A DNA stretch of 64,000 nucleotides from Marsupella aquatica. Its lineage: Eukaryota; Plantae; Marchantiophyta. Position 1 is the stretch's first letter. Each line of letters begins with the position of its first letter. A program made the position numbers and the translations under genes. Shown one piece after another: positions 58,868-64,000 of the stretch. The notes below the pieces were generated by a model. That model did not search any database. It was given only the letters and a program-made list of their open reading frames with translations, and was not told the DNA's origin. The stretch covers positions 1,553,223-1,617,222 of the forward strand of contig OZ316892.1 in the NCBI GenBank assembly GCA_973895155.1, given 5' to 3'.

Positions 58868-61800
58868 TGTCATGCCGAGGGACAGTGCCTCTTATGCACA
58901 TCGGCATGTCCCTCGCCTGCCCGCTAGGTATGTAGTTAGGGCTAGTGTACTACCTGAGTTAGCGACATGTTCTTGTAGCAAGTCTGGGCCGTTCTTGAAG
59001 CAAATGTGCTTGTTAGTGTGACGCCAGGACTTTGCTTGCTTAGGGCATGTCTTTCTTTGTGGGTTTCCAGTTCTTCTTGAATCGCTGTTGACAGAGCTCA
59101 GACAGTGCTCGTCGGTTCCGTACACGGGATTCACACAGTGATTCGTTAGATGCTCCCGGCCGATCTTGGCATCCCGCCGGTTGTCGATTCGATTTCAGTA
59201 CAATTGTTTCTCTTACGCCTTTTATTCAAGAAGAACTGTGTGGTGAGAGGAAGAAGATAGGAGACATTCTCGTTTCAGCTGCTTAAGTTGGTACATACAA
59301 TTTCCGTCGAAGCCGGTGCAATTTCTTTGAGCAGCATAGGAATGGCGGGTTAAGAGTTATGGGTTTTAATGTAGTGCTATGTGTATAAGTATACACATAA
59401 CATCGCCGTTTGAGTCCGTGCTTTGTTCCCGGCTACATTTGTGACCCCTTTCTGCTATGTGCTCCTTCTTACTGTCACTGCCGCTTGCTGCCTCGACTGC
59501 TTTTGGGGTCATTTTTGCATTCCCGGCCACGGCTGCCGGCGAGTTTCCCTTGACTACCGCGCGATCACCTCGCGACTACCTCCCGAGCGCACAGAGCCAC
59601 GGGTCCGTTTGCTTTTTGCCTTTTTCCGGTCGCGACCTGCTGCCACCCAATTTTTCTTCCCGGCCATCGTTTCTTCTCGACTTCTCGCCTTCCCTCGCAG
59701 TTATTGTCGCGAGCTTGGGCCCTGGGTATACACATGCGGGGCTCATCATTGCCCCTGGGTCACGCATAGGGCCGTGCGCCCTCCCTTCGGCATTTTTTTT
59801 CTTCCTCCCTCGCTTGTTGCCAGCAATTACACAGTAGGGAAGGGGGATTAAGTTTAGGCATAAGCATGGAGAGGGCACGAGGCCCTATTCTGCATTAAAG
59901 CAGGGGCAGGGGGGAGCCAAGTACAAGCGAAAGCAGGAAGGAGGGGGACCGAGTGTTAGGAGAGGGCATGCAGCCCTATGTTGCATTAAAGGCCCTAAGC
60001 AACATTGAAGCAGGGGAGTACATTCGACTCCTCTCACAGGAGTCTTTTGCAGGGCACGAAGCCCATAAAGCAGCATTAAAGAGGGAGGAGGGGGAGTACA
60101 CTCGACTCCCTTCCCTTCGGGTACACTGTCACCAGGGCACGAGGCCCAATTTCATTAAGGAGGGGAGGGGGAGCTCGTAGCTTCCCTTCGGAAGCTCTTA
60201 AGGTGGGGCACGAAGCCCTATGGGGGGGCTCATGCCATTAAAGAGGGCCCGGTTTGGCCCGGTTTCTTTCGCCTCGCCTCCCGCATGTCTCTCTTTTCTT
60301 TCAGCCGTCGTCTTTCCTCCCGCCTCACAACGACCTGCATAGGGCCTCCATGGGCTGTGCATAGGGCGCCGTGCCCTGGGTGTGTTTACACACTCGGCCG
60401 GTTCCTGTGAGGACGATTTTGCTGCTGACGCGCGCCTGGCCTCTTTTCTGTCGAGCTTGCCAGTTCCCGGGTCCACATCGGGCCCCGACATATACACTTA
60501 ACGGGGTCCCATGTTTATACACTTAATTAAAGGGGCGCCCAATGTCTTCACGTTTTTAAGGGTCCTTTTTCTCTGACGGATTTTCGACGTTGACGGTTCT
60601 TCAACGTATTTACACATTTGGTACATTACCTGAGTACATCGGGTACTGCCACACAGCATGTCAGCAGACGAGCCGGGAAGTAGTAGCACATCGCCACCGA
60701 CACCCAGGTACGATTTACGGAGTGATCCACGACCATTGGTGCCAATTTCATTGGAGTCTCGGCAATTTCGATGACGTCCACAGACAGCAGCAGCACCCAC
60801 ACCATGCAATCCTTCTGCTCCATTTGGCGGTCGCTTCACCACTACTCCCAAGCCTGCTATCACTTCATTGCCATTTACCCCTTCTGCATCAGTGGTTGTT
60901 CCTGCTTCACCGACATACAGCATGGATGCCAGCCACTCATCTGGCCGCATTGAGCACTTCAGCGGGCGGCCAGGCACTGTCTCTTTATGTGAGTTCAAAT
61001 CCACTTTCTACACTGTCGTTTACGAATTGGAGTTGAAGTACGGCAGCAATTTCACAAATGCATTTGCATTTAAGCAGCTAGCCAGGTATGTGCACCACGA
61101 GGCTTTGGATGTGTATGAGCAGCACTCTCAACGGCTGCTTGCTGTCACACAATTGCCTAACCCTGCCTATGCCAGTGCAATTGCAGCTGCCTCACAATTG
61201 GCATTACAGAATGCCATTGCAGCCCATGCTGCTGCTCCTGCCACTTCCCCTCCTACTCCAGTTCCTACCACTGCGCCAGTTACTCCCACTATCTTGGCAC
61301 AGGCTACATCAGGCATTTCTCCCACCATTGATTCCCCTGCCTTTGCTGATCCAGTGGCTGAGTTTTTCCAGGTTCTTGAATTGGAATTCCCAATCAATTC
61401 AAGAGTGCTGACAAAATCATGCAGTTGGCCACCTTTGTGAGGCAGCGCGATGAAACCTTGAAGATGATGTATCGTCGGCTTCTCAAGCTGAAGGAGGACA
61501 CCCAGAGCATCACTGACCTGGAAGCTGCTCATCGCTATCTTCGTGCATTGGAGGGCACACCAGCTCTCCATTCGCAAGTGTTGCAGCAAGTATTCTCAGA
61601 GTTTGGAGATAGTTACACCTTGCTCAATGTCTATGATACTACTGAGAAACTTGAGTTGGCCCATGCACATTATGAGGCCAGTATTTCGCGTCCACCGCGA
61701 TCCAGGTACCAGGCTGCTGCTCCTACAATGGCCACCCCTTCCCGTGTGCCACAGTATGCTTCCAAGACCAAACCAGCACATGCTGCTTTCATGCTGCCAT

Positions 61801-64000
61801 CTTGCAACTACTGTGGCAATCCTAATCACAAGGCTAATGAATGTGATATTGTTGCTGAGGACCTGTCTTGTGATTTTTGCAGGAAAGTGGGCCACTTGGA
61901 GGCAGTTTGTTTTGCCAAATTCCCAAAGAGGAAGCAGCTACGACAACAGGCCACTCATCCTGCTCCTGTTTCCACTCCCCCACCAGCTACGAGGGCTCCT
62001 ACTGCATCAGTTGCTCCTCCTTCCAGTGGCAAAGCAACCAGTGCCAACAAATTGCCTAAGCAACCACAGAAGCAACCCGCTCAGAAGGAGGCTCACAACG
62101 CACAGGCAACTCAACTCCAGTCTCTGACTCATGAGGTTGAGTCATTACATGCCCAACTTGCCAACATCAAAGGCAAGTCTATTGCCTCTACTGGTCCTTC
62201 TCAACCGGCTGGTCACGTGCAACCCATCCCTGGCCCAGGCACCACTGACAGTTCAGCACCCCTACCCCGCTCTTTCTATGGCTTGCCATTTGATGCTCAT
62301 ATGGGTGAGTGTGTGCTGTCCTCTGCGACACAGCCTGGCCTTACAGCAGCATTTTCAGATTCATTCTGCCCTTCCTATTTTGCTTACCAGCAGGCCAGTG
62401 CTGCCTCCCGTATTGCTCCCACACGCCGCATTGTACAAGCTGATGGTCTTGCTGCTGGTCCTATGACTAGAGCCAAGTGAGCTCGGGCTGTCATGCCCCA
62501 ATCTTTTCAGCCACTCACACTTGCTGAAGAGCGCACCTTGTTGGCGAGGGGGGAGGGAGCTGCAGCTACATCCATTCCACCACCAGGTGCTGCTGACATT
62601 TCACAGGGAGTTGTTTTTCCTGAGCTGCTTGAGCATTTCACCTCCGGTATGGCACAAAGGATTCTTACCACTCCACTTTTCAGTTGCCATGATTTACAGC
62701 TGGATGCTAGAGCTGTCATCAGAGCGCTAGAGGGCTCACTACATTCTTCATCAACCCCTGTGACACCGGTTTTGGAGGTCCAATCTCATGTTAATACTGG
62801 ACCTTCTTCTTCTCCACTGCATGCTTCCACTGGTTTGGCTATCCCAGTACCGATTTCCAGTGGTAGAGATGACAGTATTGCTACAGATTGTGTGACCAGA
62901 GCTACACTTGATTCTGGTCATGCTGCTCCATCTTTCCTGGCTATGCTATTGAGTGGGAAGACCATGGACACTAACTCCCTTCACAAGGTACCTCATCATT
63001 TGCCAAAAGTGGTGCCTAGTGACAGGACTTTAGTTTCCACCACCATTGCCATTGTTGACAACAGGAATTCAGCAGTCAAGTTGGAGGGTCACACTCATCA
63101 GGTGGTCATGCTAGACACAGGCGCTCAACCAGTAATCTTGGGCATTCAGTTTGCCAAGAAGATGGGATTGCTGACTGATCATTTATAGCAATCCAGGTGG
63201 CACATTCGGACTGCTAGTGGCACTGTGGAGGATGTGTTGGGTGAGAGTTCTACTTTACTCACTCTCACTTTTAATGGAGGTACAGATCAGGAACTGCATT
63301 TCCCAGTCAGATGTTTGGTTACCAATGCTACTACGTATGATGTGCTCATTGGCCAGGAGGCTTTGTTCCCACCAGGTTTTACCATTGACAACTGGCATGA
63401 GCATGCATACTATAGAGTTGATTGGCATACGGATGGCTCACACTTGGGATACATTCCACTTGATTTGCATGGTGCCCATACCCCTATGGCTCACCACTGT
63501 GTGTTGAAAGTAGTGCACATAGCTACCTATGTCAACCACCCATTGCAGGATTGGATTGAGGATGAGGTGGCTACTGCACATGCTGCTGCACGTGTAGCAG
63601 CACTTTCCAGCAACGTGGATCATCAACCAGAGGTGGTACAACGGCTCCAAGCAGCCCATGGACCTTTGGTGGCTGCATTGCACAAATTTGAGGACCTTGG
63701 GCAGCATAATGGACAACCAATGCCCCCAATCTTGAGCGCACCAGTTACCTGGACTCCTCCTTCAGATGGCCTTACATTGCTTGAGCTTTTTGGTGGCATT
63801 TCTACAGGCCTGGAAGCTCTCCTAAAGTTTGGCATGGTGGTGAAGCAGTACATCTATGTGGATATTGATCCAAGTGCAAGGCAAGTGGCTGAATCCCGTC
63901 TGCTGGAATTTTCAGAGCGATTTCCTCAGCAGTTTCCACACAGTGCATGGAAGTCTGCATTTTCTTTCTTTCCTCCAGATATCCAGCTTGTCCAGCACCG
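58868..64000 (+). mobile_element. Second copy of the MTase-carrying Gypsy-like element (5' part; runs past the window end)
   Basis: Begins with repeat A (58868-59225) and no B. Gag from about 60658, protease MLDTGAQ near 63110, MTase motif I LELFGGISTG near 63780. Has stops and frameshifts. Confidence 0.92.

Overview
Eukaryotic DNA, most likely a non-seed land plant (inferred from the plant-type genes and compact introns). It is repeat-rich and contains four recognisable blocks. (1) 1.2-13.3 kb: a three-level nest, with a Pong-like PIF/Harbinger element interrupted in its transposase by a Ty1/copia element, which is in turn interrupted by a MITE. A solo LTR of the same copia family lies nearby. 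(2) 15-29.5 kb: a mosaic of local duplications with an intronless NF-YA-like gene, NF-YA pseudogenes forming two separate fold-backs, and fragments of amidohydrolase and FolB genes. (3) 30589-40351, with a second copy starting at 58868: a Gypsy-like retroelement whose polyprotein reads Gag-PR-C5 DNA methyltransferase-RT-RNase H-DDE integrase-PHD finger. It has no normal LTR pair. Its ends are split direct repeats, A ... B-gc-A-B, with TG..CA termini and a 4-bp TSD. This is the most interesting system in the window. (4) Host genes: an 11-exon amidohydrolase, a BTB/POZ gene, a minimal bZIP and an mTERF, with several minisatellites. All calls come from reading the sequence by eye; no database search was run.
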